Positions 31,101 through 40,363 of a stretch of 64,000 nucleotides of DNA are shown piece after piece. Position 1 is the stretch's first letter; each line of letters opens with the position of its first letter. Under the pieces are notes generated by a model. The model was not told the origin of the DNA. It ran no database searches and saw nothing but the letters and a program-made list of their open reading frames with translations. The position numbers and the translations under genes are program-made. Source of the DNA: Candidatus Heimdallarchaeota archaeon (GTDB taxonomy: Archaea; Asgardarchaeota; Heimdallarchaeia; Heimdallarchaeales; Heimdallarchaeaceae). The stretch covers positions 160,938 through 224,937 of the forward strand of contig JAEOSZ010000031.1 of NCBI GenBank assembly GCA_016840095.1, given 5' to 3'.

Positions 31101-32411
31101 TCATATTTCATCTACTAGCTTTGAAATTTCATTTCTACAAGGTGCTGGAAAGATTAGAAGATTATTGTATTTTGGTTTAGTTAAGCTTGCTATAACATCT
31201 GATACTTCAGAAAGCTGTTTCAGTTGACCATCTTTCATTTTAATCATTATTGCATTGCGGTCTGTTTCTTCATATGGAGTATAATATCTGCTTCCGAATT
31301 GATCAATGTCCCAACTAACTGTAGGATAACCATATTTTCTAACAATGAAATTGATCTTTTCAGAGTTTTCTAAAACTTTGGAAGCCATTTCTTCAGTCAG
31401 TGGAATACTTTTGTACAGATTTCTACGAAGTATATCATTTGCTAAATTCTTAATAAAATCATCATTTTGCTCTTTTGCAACAGTATAATGTAGTTGTGTA
31501 TATACAACATCATCTGTTAGAGTCATCAGTGTCTTCCAATAAGGTTTTTCTGTGAAATCATTAAAGAAGGGAAGACTTGCTACATCCTTACCTTCATCTA
31601 CTTTTTGAATCATTTGTGAAATGAATAACTTTAGCATGTATTCATAACATCTTACTGTTTTATGAAAGTAAACCCGGCTGAATTGCATGTATAACGCAAG
31701 AACTACTTGTTCAATGGACTGTACACCTTTTTCCCTAATTAGCATCGTTCCTTTTTCTGTTAACTCCATCATATCAAATAATCGTTCAAGATTATACATC
31801 CCAAAGGAAACACCTGTAGAAACTGAATCTCGCATAAGATAATCTAAAGCGTCAGCATCTAATTGTGAATTAATGATTTGATTTTTGAAAGGTTTATCAT
31901 CAACACTTTTCCCTTGTATGAGTTTTCCTATCTGTTTTCTATTGTAACCTTCTCTTTCTAAAATTCCTGCAATTTCAGATTCATCATCTAAGACAATTTG
32001 CTCAGATATATTCTCATGCCTAACAAAAATCCCGTATTTAGTGTTACAATTAGGATTTTCATAATTTTTACATAACATTTTTGTGGTATCCTCAAACATA
32101 TGTGAGAATGGACCATGACCTATATCATGGATTAACGCAGTAAGACTTACTTGTTTGATTTCATCTTCAGTGTAAACCTCAGGATGTTTCTTGTTCAAGA
32201 ATCGGCCTATCCTATTAGCTACATGATGTGCTCCTAAACTGTGCATAAACCTACTATGAGTAGCAGAAGGATATGAAGCAGAAACTCCTCCTAGCTGAAT
32301 AATGCGTCTTAATCTTTGGAATTCCCAGGTATCTATTATATCTATAATTACTTTGTCATAAATATCGATATACTTGTGAACTTGATCAGCGATGGACCTA
32401 TAAACAGACAT
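31101..32411 (-). CDS. HD-domain phosphohydrolase, SAMHD1/dNTPase-like; start taken at MSVYRS
   Basis: FQRLRRI.QLG, YPSATHSRF.HSLG, HDIGHGPFSH, LDAD.LDY..RD. Confidence 0.9.
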   Translation of the reverse strand: MSVYRSIADQVHKYIDIYDKVIIDIIDTWEFQRLRRIIQLGGVSASYPSATHSRFMHSLGAHHVANRIGRFLNKKHPEVYTEDEIKQVSLTALIHDIGHGPFSHMFEDTTKMLCKNYENPNCNTKYGIFVRHENISEQIVLDDESEIAGILEREGYNRKQIGKLIQGKSVDDKPFKNQIINSQLDADALDYLMRDSVSTGVSFGMYNLERLFDMMELTEKGTMLIREKGVQSIEQVVLALYMQFSRVYFHKTVRCYEYMLKLFISQMIQKVDEGKDVASLPFFNDFTEKPYWKTLMTLTDDVVYTQLHYTVAKEQNDDFIKNLANDILRRNLYKSIPLTEEMASKVLENSEKINFIVRKYGYPTVSWDIDQFGSRYYTPYEETDRNAIMIKMKDGQLKQLSEVSDVIASLTKPKYNNLLIFPAPCRNEISKLVDEI

Positions 32412-32521
32412 TATGTTGTCAAAGAAGAAATAGTTGATAACTTTTTGGTATGAACAGAAGAAGTTGGACAACTTCTGGACAAATGTTCTTATAATTTCTT
32501 TCCATCAGTAATCTGAGAAAA

Positions 32522-33847
32522 ATGAAAATAGCAGTAATAGGAACTGGTTATGTAGGCTTAGTTACTGGCACCTGTTTCGCAAATAAAGGACATGATGTTA
32601 TCTGTGTTGATGTTATTGAAGAAAAAATCCAGAAAATAAATGAAGGAACTGTACCGATTTTTGAAGAAGGTTTGGATGAAATGCTCAAAGATGTTGTAAG
32701 TAAAAAGAAGCTGAAAGCTACTTTAAACATGAAAGAAGCAATAACTAATTCCGAACTAATCTATATCTGCGTAGGAACTCCTTCTAAAGAAGATGGAGCT
32801 TTTGATTATGTCTATCTAAAGGATGCTGCTCAAAAAATAGGAGAGGTAATAAAAGAATTAGATGAATACAAAGTTATTGTGGTAAAAAGCACCTGCTCTC
32901 CTGGAACAACCATGAATCTAGTTAAACCTATTCTTGAAGAAACTAGTCAAAAAACTGCTGGAAAGGATTTTGGCTTGGGAATGAATCCTGAATTTCTTAG
33001 AGAAGGTGTTGCAATCAAAGATTTTCTAAATCCAGATAGGATTGTCGTAGGTGGAATAGATGAAAAATCTCAGGAAATAATTACAAAATCTTATGAAGGA
33101 TTTGAAAGTCCATTTTTGAATGTAGATCCAACTACTGCAGAGATGATCAAAATTGCCTCAAACTCGTTTTTAGCAATGAAAATTTCCTTTATTAATGAAA
33201 TAGCAAATATAGCTGAAAAAATTGGTAGTGATATTCAAGACATTGCTAAAGGAATAGGTATGGATGATAGAATCTCAATTAGATTCTTGAGAGCTGGACT
33301 GGGATATGGTGGTTCATGTTTTCCAAAAGACATTCAAGCTCTTCATCGTCAATCAGTTGAGATGGGAGTTCCATCAGATTTACTTAAGGCTACTATGAAA
33401 GTTAATGAAGCACAACCCTTACGTGCGGCTGAGATCTTAATAGAAGAGATGGATGATCGATCTTTAGAAAACAGAAAAATAGGTGTTCTTGGACTAGCTT
33501 TCAAGCCAGATACTGATGATGTAAGGGAAGCCGTTTCCATAACTCTAATTGAATATTTACTAGAACGGGGTGCAAAGGTATTTGCTACGGATCCAATTGC
33601 TATAAAGAACTTTAGAGAAATACTAAATCATGAAAATCTAACTCTAACTAGTAAAGTTGAGGATGTTCTAACTGATTCTGATGCTTGTATCTTAGTAACT
33701 GAATGGAAAGAATATCTAAACCTGTCTCCTAGTACATTCAAAGAACTAATGAAAATTCCTTTGGTTATAGATGGAAGAAGAAGTTTAGATGCTGAAAAAT
33801 TCAGAAACGAAGAAATAACTTTCAAAAGTATAGGACTTGGGAGATAG
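32522..33847 (+). CDS. ugd: UDP-glucose/GDP-mannose 6-dehydrogenase
   Basis: GTGYVG, CVGTP, NPEFLREG, GYGGSCFPKD, GLAFKP.TDD.R. Confidence 0.95.
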   Translation: MKIAVIGTGYVGLVTGTCFANKGHDVICVDVIEEKIQKINEGTVPIFEEGLDEMLKDVVSKKKLKATLNMKEAITNSELIYICVGTPSKEDGAFDYVYLKDAAQKIGEVIKELDEYKVIVVKSTCSPGTTMNLVKPILEETSQKTAGKDFGLGMNPEFLREGVAIKDFLNPDRIVVGGIDEKSQEIITKSYEGFESPFLNVDPTTAEMIKIASNSFLAMKISFINEIANIAEKIGSDIQDIAKGIGMDDRISIRFLRAGLGYGGSCFPKDIQALHRQSVEMGVPSDLLKATMKVNEAQPLRAAEILIEEMDDRSLENRKIGVLGLAFKPDTDDVREAVSITLIEYLLERGAKVFATDPIAIKNFREILNHENLTLTSKVEDVLTDSDACILVTEWKEYLNLSPSTFKELMKIPLVIDGRRSLDAEKFRNEEITFKSIGLGR

Positions 33848-33857
33848 AACTCTCTAC

Positions 33858-35972
33858 CTATACATTGCTTTTGATTAGAATTTCTTGGTTATACTTTGGA
33901 ATAATTAGATCCTTATGATCTTCTCTCAGTATTGTATCATCTGGAGTATGAACCATAATTTTCTTGCCACTCAAATCATCAATAAATTCGTTTAATGATT
34001 CAGGGCTGCTATGTCCACTTATGTGAGCATTGAAGATTTTTTGGTTATACTTCTTAAAAGCAACAGAATGTCCGTTTTTAAGAGCATACCCAAGAGTGTT
34101 TGGGGCTTGATAACCGCAGATGAGTATTCCTGTATTTTCATCAGAGCTAGTCTCATCTATTAGTTTTCTGGCAGCTCCTCCTTGCAACATACCATGACCA
34201 GTGACTACAATGTCGTCTTTCTCAAAGTTTCCATTTGTTAGATTTTTAACTATATCAAATTTAGCTCGTAATCCCATAGATTTAGAAACATCTGCTGATA
34301 ATCCTGTTGTCTTAACACTTCTTTTTGCAGAAACCCTTAACCTCTCAAATCTTTGAATCATTTCTTGAGTTCTACCCACTGAAAAAGCAGGAACTATTAA
34401 CCGTTCACAAGTTTCTGCTGCTTGTAAAATAACAGTATTGGGATCTGTTTCTTCGATTTTTCTATCATAATATGTTCCATCAAAAATTGTTACATCACAA
34501 TCTGTAGGAATTTTAGCTCCCTCAAATAGTTCACTTTTGTCTGCAGAAAAATCACCTGTAAAGAGAATTGATGTTCCAAAAACATCTATTTTATAACTAA
34601 CACTTCCATAAATATGAGAAGCTGAGTATGGTGTTACTTCAAACCCAGGACTTACCTCTACTGTTTCGTTTATCTTGAGAGGATTGAATTCATTTAGCAA
34701 ATTGACAATATTAGCATTGTTTAGGTATGCTTGTTGAAATGGAGAGGCATTCTTCTTTGCAATACCATTTGATCTTAAAATTGAAGAAGTTGAATATAAC
34801 AACTTCTCAGTTAGTATTTTTGTTGATTGAGTTGCATACCATCGTTTTCCATTCTCGGGTCTGATAAGATAAGGTAGACCCCCAGTATGATCTAGATGTG
34901 CATGAGTTACTAGGACAGCTTTTACATATTTGAGAGATGGATGCCATCTTGGAGTAGAATAGTTAGCAACACTCATCCCAAAATCAAGTACGATTGCATT
35001 ATTATCATGTTGAACCAATATACCCATATTACCAATATTTCCTCCTCCTAGAAAGCTTATACGGATTTTTTGAGCACTCTTCGGGCTAGAATACATCTTT
35101 ATTGATGCGAATTCTTTCATTTGCTCTTTAGGTAAGGAAGCAAGTTCTTCCATCGATACTGTTTTTGCATCAAAGTTAGATAAATGAGGTTCTAAAATAG
35201 GATCTACAACAGTTGGAACTGGTTTCATTCTTCTAGTTTTGAACTCTTCATCAATTCTTTTCTGGAAATTAGCAATGGAAGTTTTCTTAGTTAATTCTAT
35301 TTGCTTACTCATGTTTCTTACATAGAAGTATCCAAGCTGATTCAGAATTTCGTAGTCAACATAGAAGTCTAAATACTTCAATGTTTCAAAATTTATAGAG
35401 TTAGAAAACTCTTCTAGATATTGTGGTCTCTCTTCAATGTTCTTAATAATTCTACTAAGATCATCACCTATTTCAATTTCCTTTTCTGAGATTTTTAAAT
35501 TTGGGAAAAGCTCTTTTGTATATTTGGCAAAATCTTTAAATTTAGGCGGTTTAAGCCCTAGTTTTCTAATTAGCTCTAGAAATGAATAGAAAGAATATTT
35601 ACTAGATTTTCCTTCTCTTCTTTGTTTCTTCCAATACATCCAATAACTAGTTACTAACATTTCGGAAGATAGTAGATTATGAGATTCTAATTCTTGAAGA
35701 ATTGATCTATAAAGTTCAAAATCTATAGCTTCATCCCAATAAAGAGAGAGAGCATAAAATACTAATGTTTCTGAAGGTTCTTCTTGAATACCTGACCAAG
35801 AAGTGTTAAAGATCTCTAACAATGTTTCATTTGAACATGAATAATATGGATCTTTGAAATTTGTGGAAAAATCTTTGGATTCTTCATATATTTTGAGTAA
35901 TTCTTTGTTTAATTTCTGATTCGAATCTAGTTTTAATAGATATTTAATATAATTGTGTAAATTTAATGTCAT
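33858..35972 (-). CDS. Beta-CASP metallo-beta-lactamase ribonuclease (CPSF-like) with ~300-aa N-terminal extension
   Basis: THAHLDH, SHIYGS, FTGD, DGTY, FSVGRTQE, GMLQGG, GYQA..TLG, SGH, MVH. Confidence 0.88.
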   Translation of the reverse strand: MTLNLHNYIKYLLKLDSNQKLNKELLKIYEESKDFSTNFKDPYYSCSNETLLEIFNTSWSGIQEEPSETLVFYALSLYWDEAIDFELYRSILQELESHNLLSSEMLVTSYWMYWKKQRREGKSSKYSFYSFLELIRKLGLKPPKFKDFAKYTKELFPNLKISEKEIEIGDDLSRIIKNIEERPQYLEEFSNSINFETLKYLDFYVDYEILNQLGYFYVRNMSKQIELTKKTSIANFQKRIDEEFKTRRMKPVPTVVDPILEPHLSNFDAKTVSMEELASLPKEQMKEFASIKMYSSPKSAQKIRISFLGGGNIGNMGILVQHDNNAIVLDFGMSVANYSTPRWHPSLKYVKAVLVTHAHLDHTGGLPYLIRPENGKRWYATQSTKILTEKLLYSTSSILRSNGIAKKNASPFQQAYLNNANIVNLLNEFNPLKINETVEVSPGFEVTPYSASHIYGSVSYKIDVFGTSILFTGDFSADKSELFEGAKIPTDCDVTIFDGTYYDRKIEETDPNTVILQAAETCERLIVPAFSVGRTQEMIQRFERLRVSAKRSVKTTGLSADVSKSMGLRAKFDIVKNLTNGNFEKDDIVVTGHGMLQGGAARKLIDETSSDENTGILICGYQAPNTLGYALKNGHSVAFKKYNQKIFNAHISGHSSPESLNEFIDDLSGKKIMVHTPDDTILREDHKDLIIPKYNQEILIKSNV

Positions 35973-36062
35973 TTTTTTCGTCCTAATGTTTTTACTGTGA
36001 AAAACTGTTGATATATCATAATTAGTGTAAATTTAAATTAAAATGAAAAGAGAGCATAGAGT

Positions 36063-36923
36063 TTATTCTTCTTCGCTTGTATCGCTCTCTAGAAGACTAC
36101 TGAAAGCATCTCGTAATTCTCCTTGTAAGGCTTCTTTCATTTGTTTAGTTGATTTTTGAGGTGATGCTGGTGCTACAGGAGTTGGTTCAAACTCAGCGTC
36201 TTCAGCGTCAGCTACTCGTGACTTACGTTTTTCTAGGGCATCTTTGACTTCCAAATTGAGTGCCATACTAGCAGGCATCGACCCCCCTGTTCCTCCAGCA
36301 GCTGCTTCTCTTTCTTTTCTATGCTCATCAGGGTCTACTTTGGTTAATCCTGATCTAACATCTTGGATATCAGAAGCACTAACACCGAACGGACTGAAAA
36401 CTGGTGCTGCGCCTGGTGCTCCAGGTTCACCTGGTGTAGGTTCTGGTGCCTTCTGTAGATTTGCTGCTGCTTTCATGAGATCAGCACTACTGATTCCTCC
36501 ACCTGTGGCTCCTTGTGCTCCTACAGGTGCTGGAATATTTCCTCCAGCAGCTGGAGCTGCATCCAAACTAGGTGCTCCAACAGGAGCTGATAAATTGGGT
36601 GCACCAACTGGACCTGAACTGCTAGCTGCCAAATTCGGTGCTGCTGCTGGTGCTGCTGCTGGTGCTGCTGCAGGTGTTGCAACTGGAGATTCGAATGAAG
36701 GTGCTGCTGGTGCTGCTCGAGATGCCATACCTAGGGCTCCTTCAATAGCAGCAATTCTACTATTTAGGGTGTCAATGTAGTCTTCCATTCTTTCAGTACT
36801 TTTAACCATTATAGCTCCAAAGTTTTCAATTAATTTGGTAAGCTTCATAATAGCTTTTTTAGAGGGTTCTGCAGTTCCGGTTAGCAGACCATCTAGATAA
36901 TCATCGATTGACACATGTATCAT
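36063..36923 (-). CDS. Pro/Ala-rich protein with N-terminal coiled coil, two WH2-like repeats and C-terminal helix+acidic repeats (putative actin regulator)
   Basis: Internal repeats ISSADLMKAAANLQKA / VSASDIQDVRSGLTKV and ALNLEVKDAL / ALQGELRDAF, the latter each followed by an acidic patch; TATA at 36950-36943 favours a start at ATG 36923 or GTG 36914 over 36974. Confidence 0.6.
   Translation of the reverse strand: MIHVSIDDYLDGLLTGTAEPSKKAIMKLTKLIENFGAIMVKSTERMEDYIDTLNSRIAAIEGALGMASRAAPAAPSFESPVATPAAAPAAAPAAAPNLAASSSGPVGAPNLSAPVGAPSLDAAPAAGGNIPAPVGAQGATGGGISSADLMKAAANLQKAPEPTPGEPGAPGAAPVFSPFGVSASDIQDVRSGLTKVDPDEHRKEREAAAGGTGGSMPASMALNLEVKDALEKRKSRVADAEDAEFEPTPVAPASPQKSTKQMKEALQGELRDAFSSLLESDTSEEE
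36637..36672. repeat. Three tandem 12-bp units GGTGCTGCTGC(T/A) encoding (AAAP)3 on the minus strand
   Basis: Seen directly at 36637, 36649 and 36661. Confidence 0.9.
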
Positions 36924-37007
36924 GTGAACACCAAAAATATGATATAAAAAGTCTATGATACTCCTCAATATCACCTAAAAAGAGAAATAGAGAGAAATTG
37001 AGTACCC

Positions 37008-38042
37008 TTAGCTGAAAACTTCAGGAATTGCAGAAATAACTAGCTGAATGTCCTCTTGAGTGATTCCAAAATAGGTTACCATTCTAAAAATGTGATCGCC
37101 CAAATAGGTTACCTTTATCCCTCTTTTCTCAAAACCATCTCGTGCATCAGCAGCTGTCCATTTACTTTGTGAAGTATCAACAATCGCGATATTGGTGTCA
37201 ACAGGTTTAACTCTTAAGTCATCAATCTCAAGAAGAGTTTTTTCAATCATTTTTGCATGTTTGTGATCTTCTGCTAATCTATCTATCATATTGTTTAAAG
37301 CATAAATTCCTGGAGCAGCTATAATCCCTGCTTGTCTCATACCTCCACCTACTACTTTTCTATTTCTTCTTGCCTGATGTATGAATTCTTCGCTTCCAAC
37401 TATGAGTGAACCAATTGGACATCCTAGCCCCTTACTCAAACAGAATTGTACTGAATCAATATTTTCTACTATTTTGGATGTATCCATTCCTGTAGCTACA
37501 GCAGCATTGAAAATCCTAGCCCCATCTAGATGTACAGAAGCTCCATTTTCATGAGCAATTTTAGATAAAGTATCTATGTTTTCTTTAGGGATGATTCTAC
37601 CTCCTCCTCTGTTGTGAGTGTTTTCAAGACAAAGTAGTTTGAAATCCACCCAATGAACGTTATATCCTCTAGTAAATGCAGCTTCTACAGCTTTAGGATC
37701 CATTAAACCATTATCCCCTTCTATGAGATGAGGATATGCTCCAATTATCTGAGAAAGTCCTCCAACTTCATACATATTGATGTGGCTTTCTCTTTCAAGA
37801 ACAACACCGTCACCTCGATTGAGATGAGTCATGTTTGCTACTAAATTACCTTGAGTACCACTAGATACAAGTAAACCAGCTTCTTTACCAAGTATTTTAG
37901 CTGCAAGAGCTTCAAGCTCTTGTACAGTAGGATCTTCCTCCCAGACATCGTCTCCAAGTTCAGCAGTTAAAATAGTCTCTATCATTTCCTTTGAAGGGAG
38001 AGTAAAAGTATCTGAACGTAAATCTATCATTAATTTAAGCAC
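37008..38042 (-). CDS. ltaE: Low-specificity L-threonine aldolase
   Basis: IDLRSDT, GDDV..EDPT, LENTHN, HLDGARIFNA, CLSKGLG (PLP Lys), GGGMRQAG. Confidence 0.95.
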   Translation of the reverse strand: MLKLMIDLRSDTFTLPSKEMIETILTAELGDDVWEEDPTVQELEALAAKILGKEAGLLVSSGTQGNLVANMTHLNRGDGVVLERESHINMYEVGGLSQIIGAYPHLIEGDNGLMDPKAVEAAFTRGYNVHWVDFKLLCLENTHNRGGGRIIPKENIDTLSKIAHENGASVHLDGARIFNAAVATGMDTSKIVENIDSVQFCLSKGLGCPIGSLIVGSEEFIHQARRNRKVVGGGMRQAGIIAAPGIYALNNMIDRLAEDHKHAKMIEKTLLEIDDLRVKPVDTNIAIVDTSQSKWTAADARDGFEKRGIKVTYLGDHIFRMVTYFGITQEDIQLVISAIPEVFS

Positions 38043-38055
38043 GAATGGCCAGATT

Positions 38056-38199
38056 TTAAACTTTCCTTCTTCTCCTTCTTCTAGAGCTAACAGCTAGTAT
38101 TATTGAGAAAGCTGCAAATATAGAGATGTTTGAAAAAGGAATTCTACGTTTGTGATCCACTTGTTCTCTTAGCAATACTATAATTTTTCTAGTAAGAGT
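38056..38199 (-). pseudogene. Orphan C-terminal membrane-anchor relic
   Basis: TLTRKIIVLLREQVDHKRRIPFSNISIFAAFSIILAVSSRRRRRRKV*: hydrophobic helix plus Arg6 tail like the surface proteins in this window; in-frame TGA just upstream, no ATG. Confidence 0.5.
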
Positions 38200-38221
38200 T
38201 CAAGCTTCTGTCTTTTGATTT

Positions 38222-38668
38222 TCAGTTTTTCTTCTCTCTAGATTTTTTTATCCAAAGTTCAATTAGAACTCTGATTCCAAGAGTGATTAAGCTAACTAAA
38301 ACCATAACTCCACCGGTTATCAGACCCATTAAAACTGCATCTCCTAAATCATTTGCATATCCTACTGCAAATTGCATAATAGGTGCAAATATAATTGCGT
38401 CTAAAATAAACATGGATGGAATAATTATCATAAGATCTTTCTTGTTGGCTAGTGCACTTCTACCTAGACCACCGATTAAAGGAGCTCCAAATATTCCTAT
38501 TCCAATAAATGCATCTTCAGGAGCTAGAAAACCAATCAGTAGAGATAAGATGATGTTAATTGTTACTGTTGAAGATAAAGCGATGAAATTCATCTTGAAT
38601 CTTTTCGATTCGAATCTTTGTTTTAATGATTTTTTTTCAGTCATTCGACTTACACGAAAACTTCTCAC
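38222..38668 (-). CDS. Small 4-TM membrane protein
   Basis: Four hydrophobic segments with basic termini. Confidence 0.75.
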   Translation of the reverse strand: MRSFRVSRMTEKKSLKQRFESKRFKMNFIALSSTVTINIILSLLIGFLAPEDAFIGIGIFGAPLIGGLGRSALANKKDLMIIIPSMFILDAIIFAPIMQFAVGYANDLGDAVLMGLITGGVMVLVSLITLGIRVLIELWIKKSREKKN

Positions 38669-38740
38669 TAATATACTTTTGTGAAGAAATATGTAAAATT
38701 AGATGTGAAAAAAGAAAGAACAAAAAATTTGAAGTAAATT

Positions 38741-40285
38741 TTAATGAAACTTAACTGGTTCAGGTAGCTTATCAATATATTTCAAGAATTTCTCTGACCA
38801 GTTATTTTTGTCTAAGCCTTTTTGAGATACAAATGCAGTAAGGAATCTTTCAAAGCTTCCTCCACCACAACCACTCCAAAGTTCAATATTGCCTTCAGCT
38901 TTAACAGAGAATCCTTTTGGATATTTTTGACCTATTATAGATATGTTTTGAATTTCTAACCACTCACTCTCTTCGCGTTTTCCACGGTATGGCATATAAG
39001 CTTCATAATCGATTGTACCAACTACAAGATCCTCTGCAGAATCCATCTCATCTTCATGTGCTGATTGTTGCAACCACCAAGGGGTAACTTTGGCTTCTCT
39101 AACTTCCAAATCTAGAACTTCTTCAAAGATAACTCTTAGTTTATCCTTAACTTGCATTCCTATTTCTTTAGTTTGCTCAGGAGAACCTATGAATAGTGTT
39201 TCAATTCGGTGAAGCTCATCAACTCTTTCAAAACCGTAAGCACTACCAGATTCATAACGGTAGGTGGGACCTGACCAATCGTAGACCTTTATCGGAAGAC
39301 TTTCTTTAGCAACAGTTTTTCCTTGTAGCCACGACCAAAATGGTGGGCATTGAGCGTAAGATAATCCACCAATTGGAGCAGAAACTTTTTCAGCTAATTT
39401 TTCTGAAGGGATGGTTTTTGTAATTGTAATATAGTCAGCAATCTCCTCAAAATATTCAGGATCAGCTGAATTTGGTTGTACTACGAAATAAGGCTCAAAA
39501 CCACCTTGATAAATACCTTCAGCATGTTCAGATCTTAACCAAATTGACCAATCTACTAGTTTTGGTATCATCATCTGGTTGAATCCTAATGGCTCATAAA
39601 CATAGTCCACCATTATTTGTTTTAATGCTTCAGCCAAAGTAGTCAAAGTAGGTGTTAAAATCCACTGATTTCTATAATTTGTTCGCTGAATCCAGTTAGC
39701 TTTTTGCATTAATTGAGTTGGGTTTTCATCAGTGAAATGCTTCTTTTCTCCGCTATACCATGAAATCTGATGATGCTCACTTTTAGCTCCGTAGTGTTGT
39801 TTGGAAATCTTTTCTCCTACTCTTCTAACTATTCTTTCAATTGCTCCTTTTTCAACAAAATCCTCTTCGATTTCAGGATCAATATCAAGTTTAGCATAAT
39901 TTTTTCCTTCTTTCTCGAAGAACTCCAATTTATTGACTAAAGGCAAGCTAAATTCTTTAACTGGTTTATCTTCTAACTCAGTTTCAATTGTATATTTAAC
40001 AAAATTAAATCCTCGCAACCCAACACGATATTTCTTGCCTAAAGTGGCAGCCAGTTGTTTCCTTAACCTGAGTACAGCAACGTGTGGAGTAAGTGAATCA
40101 ATAGATGAGATTGTAATATCTAACTTGTTATCTTTAGTATTCCATTGAGTGAACTCGAATTCACCTTTGTCCCTTGATTCTTGAGTTTTTTCAGCAAATA
40201 GTTTGAGAAGCTCTTCAATTTCCTCCTTACTTTCATCTGGTAAGGGACCACTTAGTGTAAATTGTACTTCGAGATAGTATTTCAT
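38741..40285 (-). CDS. serS: Serine--tRNA ligase, methanogen-type (Zn-dependent)
   Basis: Mixed alpha/beta N-domain; YAQCPPF, DWSGPTYRYE.G...G.ERVDE.HRIE, WLE.QN, WSGC.G..ER. Confidence 0.92.
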   Translation of the reverse strand: MKYYLEVQFTLSGPLPDESKEEIEELLKLFAEKTQESRDKGEFEFTQWNTKDNKLDITISSIDSLTPHVAVLRLRKQLAATLGKKYRVGLRGFNFVKYTIETELEDKPVKEFSLPLVNKLEFFEKEGKNYAKLDIDPEIEEDFVEKGAIERIVRRVGEKISKQHYGAKSEHHQISWYSGEKKHFTDENPTQLMQKANWIQRTNYRNQWILTPTLTTLAEALKQIMVDYVYEPLGFNQMMIPKLVDWSIWLRSEHAEGIYQGGFEPYFVVQPNSADPEYFEEIADYITITKTIPSEKLAEKVSAPIGGLSYAQCPPFWSWLQGKTVAKESLPIKVYDWSGPTYRYESGSAYGFERVDELHRIETLFIGSPEQTKEIGMQVKDKLRVIFEEVLDLEVREAKVTPWWLQQSAHEDEMDSAEDLVVGTIDYEAYMPYRGKREESEWLEIQNISIIGQKYPKGFSVKAEGNIELWSGCGGGSFERFLTAFVSQKGLDKNNWSEKFLKYIDKLPEPVKFH

Positions 40286-40363
40286 AGGATGTCAAAAGAA
40301 AATCTTACTAAGTAATTTTAACTTTTCCTAATTACGATAAGAAAAAAAGAAGAGTCAAGAAGA

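Noticed and set aside
31101-35972. HD dNTPase plus beta-CASP nuclease as an anti-phage defence system
   Set aside because: They are separated by an oppositely oriented UDP-glucose dehydrogenase, both families are common housekeeping genes in archaea, and there is no defence-island context.
36244-36780. 178-aa Ala/Gly/Pro-rich ORF on the + strand
   Set aside because: Antisense shadow of the GC-rich minus-strand gene, which has the promoter, the terminator and the conserved-looking motifs.
36924-36974. ORF-track N-terminal extension MILRSIIDFLYHIFGVH
   Set aside because: It overlaps the likely TATA box (36950-36943), so the real start is probably 36923 or 36914.
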